A DNA stretch of 64,000 nt, from contig WJIL01000068.1 of assembly GCA_014730275.1 (NCBI GenBank), positions 19,324-83,323 of the forward strand, in the 5' to 3' direction. Shown piece by piece: positions 55,866-64,000 of this stretch. The stretch is from Promethearchaeota archaeon. Its GTDB lineage: Archaea; Asgardarchaeota; Thorarchaeia; Thorarchaeales; Thorarchaeaceae. Each line of letters starts with the position of its first letter. Position 1 is the first letter of the stretch. The notes under the pieces were generated by a model. That model was not told the DNA's origin. It did no database searches and saw nothing but the letters and a program-made list of their open reading frames with translations. Both the position numbers and the translations under genes were made by a program.

Positions 55866-57779
55866 CTATTGGAGATATGTAGGACAAGGCCATTCATTGC
55901 ATTCCAAACAACCAGAACATCTCTGCGAGTTGACTTGTATTTTGCCATTTACAAGTTCAAGTGCGTCATATTCACACCTTGTAACACAGCTCCCACAACC
56001 CTGACAGAGTGTGGCTCGTGTAACAGTATGCTTAATCTGATCGGCAAAATCTCGAATCTTCTCTGCGCGTCTCCCACGGATAGTAAGTAAGCCAGATCTA
56101 TGTAGAAGTATCTCCAAATTGCCTCTTTTTGTGAGAAGCACCACGTCACCGTCAGAGAACGTCGTTTCTCCGAATATGGGCATAACCTTTGATACACGAT
56201 GCAAATCTAGACCTGAAGAAAATTTGCCTTGTATCTCATAGCTACTATCGTCTGTGCGAATGGTGTCATTCAATGATAAGCTCAGTTCACTACTTGGAGA
56301 ACCTCGATTACGAGAAATATCGAGATCCAATTTCTCAACCAGGTTCATCTGACCAGTTGGAAGGTCTTTCCATCTCCAGAAACCAAACTCGACCCACTCC
56401 TCAGGATATCCATATTCATCAGCCCAGTTCATCAACTTGTCTGAAAGACGCTTATGGAGGCGGGGGTGAGTTTCTTTCAATGAATCGAGTTCAGCCAATG
56501 ACGAGGACGGGCACAAGAAACAGCCAATTCGCTGATAACCGTGTTTGTATAGAGGGTTGTAAGGTACATTCTCCTTGAAAAGATATAGCCAGACCTCCAA
56601 CGCGTTCCAATCTTGAATGGGATTTGCAGATTTTTGTCCGGGAACCCAAGGATTAGAGGTTACCCTTGGTTCACGAGAACGCCGAAAAGACTCAAGCTTA
56701 CGTTGACCCATAAAATTGAGAACATCTCCTGAGAATTCGTTCTTAATTGTCTGAGCTGCGGGGCCTAATTTGACTATTTTACAGCACCATCTATAATCTC
56801 TGGCAGGAGGACCAAAATCATCCATTGCCTGCCAAAACGCGTCATTCATCTCTTCTCCGATGAGGGGGACATTCTCTTCGCGAGCAAACTGTTTAACAAA
56901 CTCGGTCGTTTCTGGTAGCTCAATCCCAGTATCAATGAAGAAAATGGGAGGAGGTTCATCTAGGGCATTCTTCACAACGAGATAAGTCGCAAGAGAGTCT
57001 TTACCACCACTGAAACCAACCACTACAGGTTTGTTCTCTTCTTCCACAACCCGTTTCACAAAGGATATTGCCTCATTCTCGATGCGTTCTAAGTCCTTTC
57101 TATTTGCGGCTACTGCGTCATCCCAAGTCGCTTGTGTGGGATTGATTTGTGGCGCAACAGGTTCAGCCGCTTCTCGCACCTTAATCGCATAGCCTTTCTC
57201 TTTTTCATGCATCTCTTCTCCACTCATACGTGCCAAACCGGTTGCAACAACAAGGCCCGAAGGATCGGTAACATATACTTCATCACCAATCTCAATTTCT
57301 GCATCACACCCAGACACCCCGGGCTGCATCAAGTTGGCACCATCCAAGAGGAACGGGACTACGTCAGCATCGCATCCGACCCACTTCTGTTCGCTCACCT
57401 GGGCAGTCCTTCGACCGCCTTCAAGCGTGAGTAGAAATGTGTACTGTTTCTTTGGTATATCATATCGTAATCGACCAATTACATATCCGTCTATAATAAT
57501 CTCAAACATTGAATCAAGAGAGGGTGCCTTGTTCATGACGATTGTCTTCATATCAGGCAAAACACTCGTACCCGTGCCTTGTCCAAATTGCCTATCTAAA
57601 GCCGCACGTGCTAACTGTAGATGGCCGTCCATAGCTGGAAAGGAATCGCCAGGAGGTGAGATTTCTACTTCACGTACCTCTTCAGCGCACACTCCACATG
57701 GGGTCTCTTGGGCTTTTGGTACATTGCATGTGTCACACCAGAATAGGCGTATTTCGCCTAGATAGGGAGCACCGCCCAA
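55866..57779 (-). CDS. PAPS-reductase-like PP-loop ATPase fused to an N-terminal zinc ribbon, a PUA domain and a C-terminal 4Fe-4S ferredoxin domain
   Basis: CDTCNVP...CGVC. PUA-like GANLMQPGVSGCDAEIEIGDEVYVTDPSGLVVATGLARMSGEEM. PP-loop GFSGGKDS. C-terminal CQGCGSCVTRC...CSGCLECNEWPC. Confidence 0.8.
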   Translation of the reverse strand: MGGAPYLGEIRLFWCDTCNVPKAQETPCGVCAEEVREVEISPPGDSFPAMDGHLQLARAALDRQFGQGTGTSVLPDMKTIVMNKAPSLDSMFEIIIDGYVIGRLRYDIPKKQYTFLLTLEGGRRTAQVSEQKWVGCDADVVPFLLDGANLMQPGVSGCDAEIEIGDEVYVTDPSGLVVATGLARMSGEEMHEKEKGYAIKVREAAEPVAPQINPTQATWDDAVAANRKDLERIENEAISFVKRVVEEENKPVVVGFSGGKDSLATYLVVKNALDEPPPIFFIDTGIELPETTEFVKQFAREENVPLIGEEMNDAFWQAMDDFGPPARDYRWCCKIVKLGPAAQTIKNEFSGDVLNFMGQRKLESFRRSREPRVTSNPWVPGQKSANPIQDWNALEVWLYLFKENVPYNPLYKHGYQRIGCFLCPSSSLAELDSLKETHPRLHKRLSDKLMNWADEYGYPEEWVEFGFWRWKDLPTGQMNLVEKLDLDISRNRGSPSSELSLSLNDTIRTDDSSYEIQGKFSSGLDLHRVSKVMPIFGETTFSDGDVVLLTKRGNLEILLHRSGLLTIRGRRAEKIRDFADQIKHTVTRATLCQGCGSCVTRCEYDALELVNGKIQVNSQRCSGCLECNEWPCPTYLQ

Positions 57780-57804
57780 AATTCACACCTCGAATAAAAT
57801 AGAA

Positions 57805-58470
57805 TTAGTCCTCTGCACCACCGATGATTTGAATGCCTCTGCTGGCACCAATTCTTGTTGCACCGGCATCAACCATAGCCTTTGCTTCATCGTAGGTGTG
57901 GATTCCTCCAGCAGCTTTGATGCCCAGTCTACCACCAATCGCATCATTCATAATTTCAACATCCTCAATGGATGCTCCCCGGGGACCAAAACCGGTAGAG
58001 GTTTTGACAAAGGCAGCTCCAGCGCCCTCTGCTAGTTGACACGCTGCTGTAATTTCGCCTTCAGTAAAAAAACCAGTCTCCAAAATCACTTTCACTGGTT
58101 TACCATTTGAAGCTTCAACAACGGCGGCAATATCCTCTTCCACCAGCTCCTCATCTCCAGCCTTCATCGCACCAATATTCATGACCATATCAATCTCATG
58201 TGCGCCATTGCTTACCGCACACTCTGCTTCAAAGGCCTTTGCCTCAGTCATCATAGCTCCCAAGGGAAAACCGACTACACTACAAACATTCACATTTGTC
58301 TCGGCAAGCTCATCCGAAGCAAGCATTACATTACAGCTATTTACACATACAGCCCCAAATCCATGATCTATAGCTTCTTGGCATAGCTCCCTTATTCGAT
58401 TGGGGGTGGCATCAGGTTTCAGTTCTGTATGATCTATCATCTGAGCAAGTTTGCTGGATGTGAGCTCCAT
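57805..58470 (-). CDS. deoC: deoxyribose-phosphate aldolase
   Basis: 221 aa. IDHTELKPDAT, VVGFPLG, KVILETG and FVKTSTGF (Schiff-base Lys). Confidence 0.9.
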   Translation of the reverse strand: MELTSSKLAQMIDHTELKPDATPNRIRELCQEAIDHGFGAVCVNSCNVMLASDELAETNVNVCSVVGFPLGAMMTEAKAFEAECAVSNGAHEIDMVMNIGAMKAGDEELVEEDIAAVVEASNGKPVKVILETGFFTEGEITAACQLAEGAGAAFVKTSTGFGPRGASIEDVEIMNDAIGGRLGIKAAGGIHTYDEAKAMVDAGATRIGASRGIQIIGGAED

Positions 58471-58532
58471 AGGTACAACTCCGGTCGAAGAGTTGACTGT
58501 TTAATGCTATTAATATCTTCGAAAAGGACTAT

Positions 58533-58868
58533 TTAGCTGCCGCCAAGATAAGCCTTGATGTCATCAAGGACCTCTTTCTGCAATCGAATAATGTCATGAA
58601 CTTCAAGCTCTTCGGCACTATCCACAACACTATTCAGCTGAACAACCGTACCCACCTCGGTGATTTTCTCAAAATCAACTGGAAACTCAACTTCAGCGCC
58701 TTTCACAATAAGCTCTGAACGAGTGGGATGGAGCGAGATACGTATACTTCGTACAATGCCAATTCGCCTAGCCCTGCTATCAAGCACTTCTTTTCCTAGT
58801 AGACGTCCCGGCATGCTGAGCTCATAGAGCTCTGCCTCAATACTCGGTTTTGTTTCAGATTCGGTCAT
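58533..58868 (-). CDS. PRC-barrel domain protein
   Basis: ATG at 58868. LLGKEVLDSRARRIGIVRSIRISL...ELIVKG pattern. The longer ORF start overlaps the hef 5' region. Confidence 0.6.
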   Translation of the reverse strand: MTESETKPSIEAELYELSMPGRLLGKEVLDSRARRIGIVRSIRISLHPTRSELIVKGAEVEFPVDFEKITEVGTVVQLNSVVDSAEELEVHDIIRLQKEVLDDIKAYLGGS

Positions 58869-58983
58869 ATTATCCCAGCTCCATAGGATGCAAGAAGGAA
58901 ATGAAGTAATAGGCTTTTTACAGTATGTATTACTGGTGAATAGTGTGGCAAGAACCGTGGCAGGCACCGAGTCCTTTGTCAAG

Positions 58984-61275
58984 ATGAACCTGATCAAACC
59001 AAGAACAATAGAACATCGAGACTATCAGGTGAACCTAGCAGAAGCAGCAGCAAAAGAGAGTACGATGGTAGTTTTGAGTACCGGGCTAGGAAAAACAATC
59101 ATCGCTGCCCTATTGGCTGCAAAGAGGTTGACCAGGTATTCGAACTCTAAGGTGCTTTTTCTAGCGCCATCGCGACCCTTGGCCAATCAGCATGCCAGAT
59201 TCATGAAACAGGTGCTTACTATTGGTAGCGATTCCATTGTGTGTATGACTGGTGACGATGCACCCAGCGAGAGGCCTTCCATTTGGAAGAAATCGAAAAT
59301 CATAGTAATGACCCCTCAAGCATTGCAGAATGATTTAGTTCAAAATAGCTATGACCTTAGCAACGTATCTCTGATTGTATATGACGAGGCGCATAGGGGA
59401 GTAGGAAACTACGCATATACCTTCGTTGCAGAACTATACGAAAAACAAGCAGAGCATCCACTCAGCTTGGGCCTCACTGCCTCACCCGGTCACAAACCTG
59501 AACATATACGCCAAGTCTGCGAGAATCTTAATCTCACACAAATCGAAGTGCGAAATGAGGGTAGTCCCGATGTGAAGGACTATGTTGTATCGGTAGATAC
59601 AGATATTCGGTATGTTCGTTTGCCAGCTGAAATAGAGGTTCTCAGGGACATACTCTATGACTTGCTAGATGACTATGCACGACCCATCAAGAAGTATGGC
59701 TATTCGCTTTCAGATAGCAGACGAATGAGTAGGAGTGAAATTCTTGAAGTGCAGAGGGAAGTGCGAAGGGAGATAGGATCGTATACCGATCCCCCACGAC
59801 ATCTCTTCCTGATAATGAAGAATCTAACATCTGCAATCCGTATTGTTCAGCTGCTAGAATTTGTGGGTACCCAAGGTCTCACACCCACATTTCGCTATGT
59901 ACAGAATATGTACGAGGAGGTACGCAATAAGAAGAGCTCAAAGGGTCTTCAGGACTTAATATCCCGCCCGGAATTCGATCAATTTAGAAATCTGCTCGAG
60001 GCACTCATTGCCAAAGGCTATCGTCATCCCAAGGCAGATGCACTCCTTGAAATTATCAGTGAACAATTATCAGTCGATGAGGATTCGCGAATTCTGGTTT
60101 TTACCCGATATCGTGACACCGCAGCAGAAGTCGTTGATACAATTCAACAGCTGGACGAAGTACGGGCTAGCAAGTTTGTCGGTCAGAGCTCACGAGGCTC
60201 TGATAAGGGATTCACTCAGAAAAAGCAGTTAGAAGTACTCGAAGGCTTCAGAAGCAATGAGTTCAATGTCCTTGTTGCAACGCAAGTTGGGGAGGAAGGA
60301 CTGGATATACCTGAGTGTAATCTCGTCATCTTCTACGATTGCGTACCATCAATAGTGCCGTATATTCAGAGAAAAGGACGAACAGGAAGGAAGTATCCAG
60401 GTCAAGTTATCATATTTGTTGCAAAAGGCACACATGACGAATTTTACCACTGGAGCGTGAAAAAGAAACTCAAGAAAATGCCATCAGCATTGGAAGAGGC
60501 AGAAGATGACAGTCAGACAAGTTTGGAAGACTTCGCCAACGAGGGGGACCCGACACCAAAAGAGAAACCGAGTAGTCCACCAACTAGAACTAAGGATGGG
60601 AAAATCAAGATGATAGTGGACTCCCGCGAGCTGCCAACAGCTGTCGCCAGAGAACTAGCTAGACTTGATGTAGTCATATCAGGAGAAAGCCTTGAAATCG
60701 GTGACTATATCGCTTCAGAGGATGTAGCTGTTGAAAGGAAAGAAGCAAATGACTTCATAGAGTCTATGATCGACGGAAGATTGTTTTCACAACTTATTGA
60801 CCTGAAATCCACCTATCGAAGACCGGTACTTGTCATCGAAGGCGAACAAATTATTGGTTTAAGAGCGGTCAACCCAGCATCTATCTATGGCGCTCTTGCT
60901 TCAATTGCAATTCGAATTGGGGTTCCTATCATCTGGACACGGAACGAAGAGGAGACTGCAAACGTACTCTATCGTATTGCATATCTAGAACAGGAGAAGG
61001 AGAAGAAGCCAATACGAACGAGGCCAAGTGAATCAAAAAGCCGTGATGCTGATATGCTGGAGTATATCCTCTCAGGTTTCCCAGGCATCGATACAGTGAT
61101 TTCTCGGGCGATTCTCACTAAATTTGGTACGCTCGATAAAGTCTTCAGCGCTGACAAAAAAGAGTTGCAAAGCGTAAATGGTGTTGGCCCGAAAAAAGCC
61201 GGTAGAATCCGAAGATTGCTGCGTACAATCCATCCGTTCTATGAAGGGGAAGAAAAAGAGGATGATGCTGAATGA
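58984..61275 (+). CDS. hef: Hef (FANCM/XPF-like) helicase-nuclease
   Basis: ATG at 58984. Helicase motifs STGLGKT, DEAH and TASPG. C-terminal ERCC4 nuclease VDSRE...GDYI...ERKEANDF. HhH GVGPKKA. Confidence 0.9.
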   Translation: MNLIKPRTIEHRDYQVNLAEAAAKESTMVVLSTGLGKTIIAALLAAKRLTRYSNSKVLFLAPSRPLANQHARFMKQVLTIGSDSIVCMTGDDAPSERPSIWKKSKIIVMTPQALQNDLVQNSYDLSNVSLIVYDEAHRGVGNYAYTFVAELYEKQAEHPLSLGLTASPGHKPEHIRQVCENLNLTQIEVRNEGSPDVKDYVVSVDTDIRYVRLPAEIEVLRDILYDLLDDYARPIKKYGYSLSDSRRMSRSEILEVQREVRREIGSYTDPPRHLFLIMKNLTSAIRIVQLLEFVGTQGLTPTFRYVQNMYEEVRNKKSSKGLQDLISRPEFDQFRNLLEALIAKGYRHPKADALLEIISEQLSVDEDSRILVFTRYRDTAAEVVDTIQQLDEVRASKFVGQSSRGSDKGFTQKKQLEVLEGFRSNEFNVLVATQVGEEGLDIPECNLVIFYDCVPSIVPYIQRKGRTGRKYPGQVIIFVAKGTHDEFYHWSVKKKLKKMPSALEEAEDDSQTSLEDFANEGDPTPKEKPSSPPTRTKDGKIKMIVDSRELPTAVARELARLDVVISGESLEIGDYIASEDVAVERKEANDFIESMIDGRLFSQLIDLKSTYRRPVLVIEGEQIIGLRAVNPASIYGALASIAIRIGVPIIWTRNEEETANVLYRIAYLEQEKEKKPIRTRPSESKSRDADMLEYILSGFPGIDTVISRAILTKFGTLDKVFSADKKELQSVNGVGPKKAGRIRRLLRTIHPFYEGEEKEDDAE

Positions 61276-61278
61276 ACG

Positions 61279-61974
61279 TCAGTAAACCTCGGGATTCTTA
61301 CCCTTGCCGTTTCGGTACGCCTTCCGAAGCCTGTCAGTTACGTGACGGCTTACTTCCCAGTAGCGCTCATATTCTGAATCGGTTAGATGCAAGATGCTGA
61401 GGATTCTTCGTAGCGATACGTAGACATTAGGATCAAGTGTACCAATATTCTTCAAATCCTTTGCCGCTTCATCACGACACTTTCGCCAGAGCGTATCCCA
61501 TTCAACAAAGAGCTCGGCAATTTCTGCTACCGCGTCTTCGTTTTCGGGTATCTTGAACCCAATCTCCTCAAGGGGGCGAATTATATTTCGCGCTTTGGCA
61601 ACTTCATAAGCTTCTCGTTCAGGAAAGTCCTCGATGGTAGTAGCTGCAATGAATATGTGTTCAGCTACAGCACGCCAAACCTTCTTCAGAATATGGCTGT
61701 TCCCATTGCCTGCATGGGCATAACCGTCGAGTTCAACCAGGTTGCTTTCTTGCAGTTTCTTCAAATGGTATCTAACGGTTTGAGGTTTAATAGAGTTCTC
61801 TGGATCGTCCTTAGATAGGAATTCAACCAGCTCTGTTGTGCTCATCTTTTTGGCTTTCAGAGCATTCAGTATCCGCCGTCGAGTATCATCGTTCAATGCG
61901 TGTACGGCTGAAATTGCTTCATCACTGGTTAAGATTTTCAAAGCTTCCAATCCAAACCGCGCCCCCGGATTCAA
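61279..61974 (-). CDS. ArsR-type winged-helix transcriptional regulator with C-terminal helical domain
   Basis: DDTRRRILNALKAKKMSTTELVEFL...VRYHLKKLQESNLVEL. Confidence 0.7.
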   Translation of the reverse strand: MNPGARFGLEALKILTSDEAISAVHALNDDTRRRILNALKAKKMSTTELVEFLSKDDPENSIKPQTVRYHLKKLQESNLVELDGYAHAGNGNSHILKKVWRAVAEHIFIAATTIEDFPEREAYEVAKARNIIRPLEEIGFKIPENEDAVAEIAELFVEWDTLWRKCRDEAAKDLKNIGTLDPNVYVSLRRILSILHLTDSEYERYWEVSRHVTDRLRKAYRNGKGKNPEVY

Positions 61975-62115
61975 TCTTCATTCTTCCTTATGCAAATTAA
62001 AGGTTTCAGAAATGTTCATCGTCGTTATGAGAGGGGGGTTGCCCCGCCTGCCATTTACCGCTCTCATTGTAATCAACACCCCAGACAAAGTCAAGGGTGG
62101 AATCATGTTCGTGCC

Positions 62116-62361
62116 TTACGCAGGCACGTATATCCATTGCCGCATATCTTGTAGGCAGGGCACTCTCTTGATCAAGTCTTTCTTGAGTAGTTTTCTGAGA
62201 GCGTACCTTACGGTCCGCGGAGCAAAGGATACTTTATCCAGCAGTTGCTTTGGTGTTACACCATCTTTACCACTGCTGCGAAGTATATCAAGAACGATCT
62301 TCTGACTCTTAGTCAGCTTGAGATCCTTCAATTCTTCCTGCAGTTCTTCATCGCTCATCAT
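62116..62361 (-). CDS. small winged-helix DNA-binding protein
   Basis: 81 aa. KIVLDILRSSGKDGVTPKQLLDKVSFAPRTVRYALRKLLKKDLIKR. Confidence 0.6.
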   Translation of the reverse strand: MMSDEELQEELKDLKLTKSQKIVLDILRSSGKDGVTPKQLLDKVSFAPRTVRYALRKLLKKDLIKRVPCLQDMRQWIYVPA

Positions 62362-62460
62362 TTATTATTCACCTACTTTCATTATCTCAACGTACCTAGA
62401 GGAAGTATAGTTCCCAGCGGTACATCACATGATATTATGGTTACAATCACCCTTATTAAT

Positions 62461-62490
62461 GTATCGCAGTTTGGTTCGTGGTATCGCAGT
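62461..62490. promoter_or_regulatory. two exact 10-bp direct repeats (GTATCGCAGT) spaced 20 bp apart in a divergent intergenic region; operator candidate
   Basis: GTATCGCAGT at 62461-62470 and at 62481-62490. A partial GTAT follows at 62502, overlapping a TATAAAAT element. Confidence 0.35.
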
Positions 62491-62597
62491 CCCACACCGC
62501 GGTATAAAATATCTCTTGGGAATCAATCAAACTAGCTGGCTCGAATGAATTCACACTTCACCAAAATATATAGTATAGTGAAACATCGAATGCAAGG

Positions 62598-63884
62598 ATG
62601 GCAATGAAGAAAGCTGCAATACTCGCTGCTGGCGATTCGACCCGAATGATGCCTCTTTCAGCAAACGTCCCAAAACATCTTCTTCCCATAGCTGGGAAGC
62701 CGTTGTTGTTTCATACATTGGAGCAGCTTGAAGCTGCTGGTATTGAAGAATCGTTGATTGTATACGGATACAACGGTGAAGAGCTGAAGCGCGCTGTGGA
62801 ATCCAGAGACTGGGGCAAAATGAATATTCAGTACACATTCCAAAAAGAGCGCAAAGGAACCGCTCATGCTGCATCATATGCCAGTGACTTCGGCGGAAAA
62901 GATGAGATTCTACTGATGTATGGTGATGTCATGGTTGCCCCAAACACCTTTAGCAATCTCATCAAATTTCACGAAAACGGCGGCTACGAGGCGACGATGT
63001 CCTTGTATGAGGTGGAGGATCCATCTGCGTATGGTGTCGTCCAAATACAAGATGGGTTGGTAAATCGTATTATAGAGAAACCAGATTCTGACGCCCAGGG
63101 AAACCTCGCTAATGCAGGTATCTATGTTGTTGGAGATAGTGTATGGGACGCAATCAGTAAGACAAAAGAATCTGAAAGAGGAGAATATGAGATAACAGAT
63201 TCAATCGAAAGCATTGCAAAAGAGGGGAGGGTTGGTGGATTCAGACTTCCGTCATGGTGGATAGATATCGGAAAGCCGTGGGATATTCTAGAGGCAAACA
63301 AACTAGTCTTGCAATCTCAAAAACGGAGACTAGATGGTTCAATTGAGGAAGGGGCGCATATTGAAGGAGAAGTAGTTGTGGAAGAGAATGCGAAAATCCT
63401 GAGCGGCGCATACATCATAGGACCAGTGTATGTAGGAGCAGAATCCAAGATAGGGCCAAATTGTTACATACGACCGCACAGCTCACTTGGTCAAGACGTC
63501 AGAATTGGGAATGCAGTAGAAATCAAAAACAGTGTGATTATGGACCATACGAATGTCGGTCATCTTTCATATGTTGGCGATTCAGTAATTGGACACAACA
63601 CGAATCTAGGTGCTGGAACCATAACTGCGAACCTCAGGCATGATGATGCAGACATAAAGGTCACAGTGAAGGGAGAAAGAAGAAGCTCTGGAAGGAGAAA
63701 ACTTGGTGCAATCCTCGCAGACAATGTGAAAACAGGAATTGGGACTTGTCTTGGCCCAGGGGTAGTTGTTGGACCGGGAGGGAGAACTGGAATGGGAGTA
63801 ATTGTTGATAAAGACATAGAAGAGGATACATTAGTTATGGCTCAACAGCAAGTAGAGCAAAGAAAGATGAGTGGCAACGAATGA
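62598..63884 (+). CDS. bifunctional sugar-1-phosphate nucleotidylyltransferase / acetyltransferase (archaeal GlmU-like)
   Basis: ILAAGDSTRMMPLSANVPKHLLPIAGKPLL (GxGTRx). C-terminal left-handed beta-helix hexapeptide repeats. Confidence 0.85.
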   Translation: MAMKKAAILAAGDSTRMMPLSANVPKHLLPIAGKPLLFHTLEQLEAAGIEESLIVYGYNGEELKRAVESRDWGKMNIQYTFQKERKGTAHAASYASDFGGKDEILLMYGDVMVAPNTFSNLIKFHENGGYEATMSLYEVEDPSAYGVVQIQDGLVNRIIEKPDSDAQGNLANAGIYVVGDSVWDAISKTKESERGEYEITDSIESIAKEGRVGGFRLPSWWIDIGKPWDILEANKLVLQSQKRRLDGSIEEGAHIEGEVVVEENAKILSGAYIIGPVYVGAESKIGPNCYIRPHSSLGQDVRIGNAVEIKNSVIMDHTNVGHLSYVGDSVIGHNTNLGAGTITANLRHDDADIKVTVKGERRSSGRRKLGAILADNVKTGIGTCLGPGVVVGPGGRTGMGVIVDKDIEEDTLVMAQQQVEQRKMSGNE

Positions 63885-64000
63885 CGCAAATGGCATTCAG
63901 AGAACGGAACATAGTCAGGAAGAATGCCCAAAAAGTAGATGTCCTGTTCGGGTATTGCTATCCTTCCACCTACAGAACAGGTATGACTAGTCTATCGACC
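63881..64000 (+). CDS. partial CDS (N-terminus, continues off right edge); possibly a B12-binding/radical-SAM-type protein
   Basis: ATG at 63881 overlaps the upstream stop. MTQMAFRERNIVRKNAQKVDVLFGYCYPSTYRTGMTSLST resembles N-termini of some radical SAM families. Weak. Confidence 0.3.
   Translation, partial: MTQMAFRERNIVRKNAQKVDVLFGYCYPSTYRTGMTSLST

Overview
Archaeal chromosomal segment dominated by information-processing genes. No rRNA genes, CRISPR arrays, transposases or integrases were seen. Conserved blocks:
- Translation and ribosome biogenesis: Nep1, Rpp21, YhbY, eS19, PDCD5-like, eL39, eL31, aIF6, LX, prefoldin alpha, FtsY.
- FtsZ, SecE, Spt5, uL11, uL1, P0, P1.
- TopoVI B/A.
- KH/Dim2, RIO1, aIF1A, NMD3.
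- DUF424, aIF2beta, an RPA32-like OB protein, FEN1.
- Zn-ribbon, aEF1beta, CDC48, and Hef.

Metabolic genes are interspersed: OTCase, PfkB kinase, ThiL, GcvPA/PB, DeoC, RibL and a GlmU-like enzyme. The left ~12 kb looks accessory. It holds an acidic surface protein, AlkD-like repair protein, a PadR plus DUF1700 sensor pair, a REC-PAS histidine kinase with SixA, a two-gene operon of unknown function, a split PEP-utilising phosphotransferase and an Fe-S pair.

Four tRNA genes were folded by hand. Three carry insertions at non-canonical positions (T-loop or variable region), and tRNA-Arg appears to carry two introns.

Most unusual protein-level observations:
- A ~990-aa secreted and membrane-anchored protein whose C-terminal half resembles eukaryotic ribophorin I, including a helical cytosolic tail. 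It is fused to DOMON-like and FKBP-like domains and sits divergent to an ALG7/AglH-type GlcNAc-1-P transferase. This hints at an Asgard-like lineage (inference only).
- An Spt5 with a C2HC zinc-knuckle insertion in its NGN domain.
- An eL31 with a ~90-aa polyacidic N-terminal extension.
- A MoaD/ThiS-like protein that continues past its GG motif and is translationally coupled to an e-MtaB methylthiotransferase.

All functional calls rest on motif recognition by eye; no database search was run.
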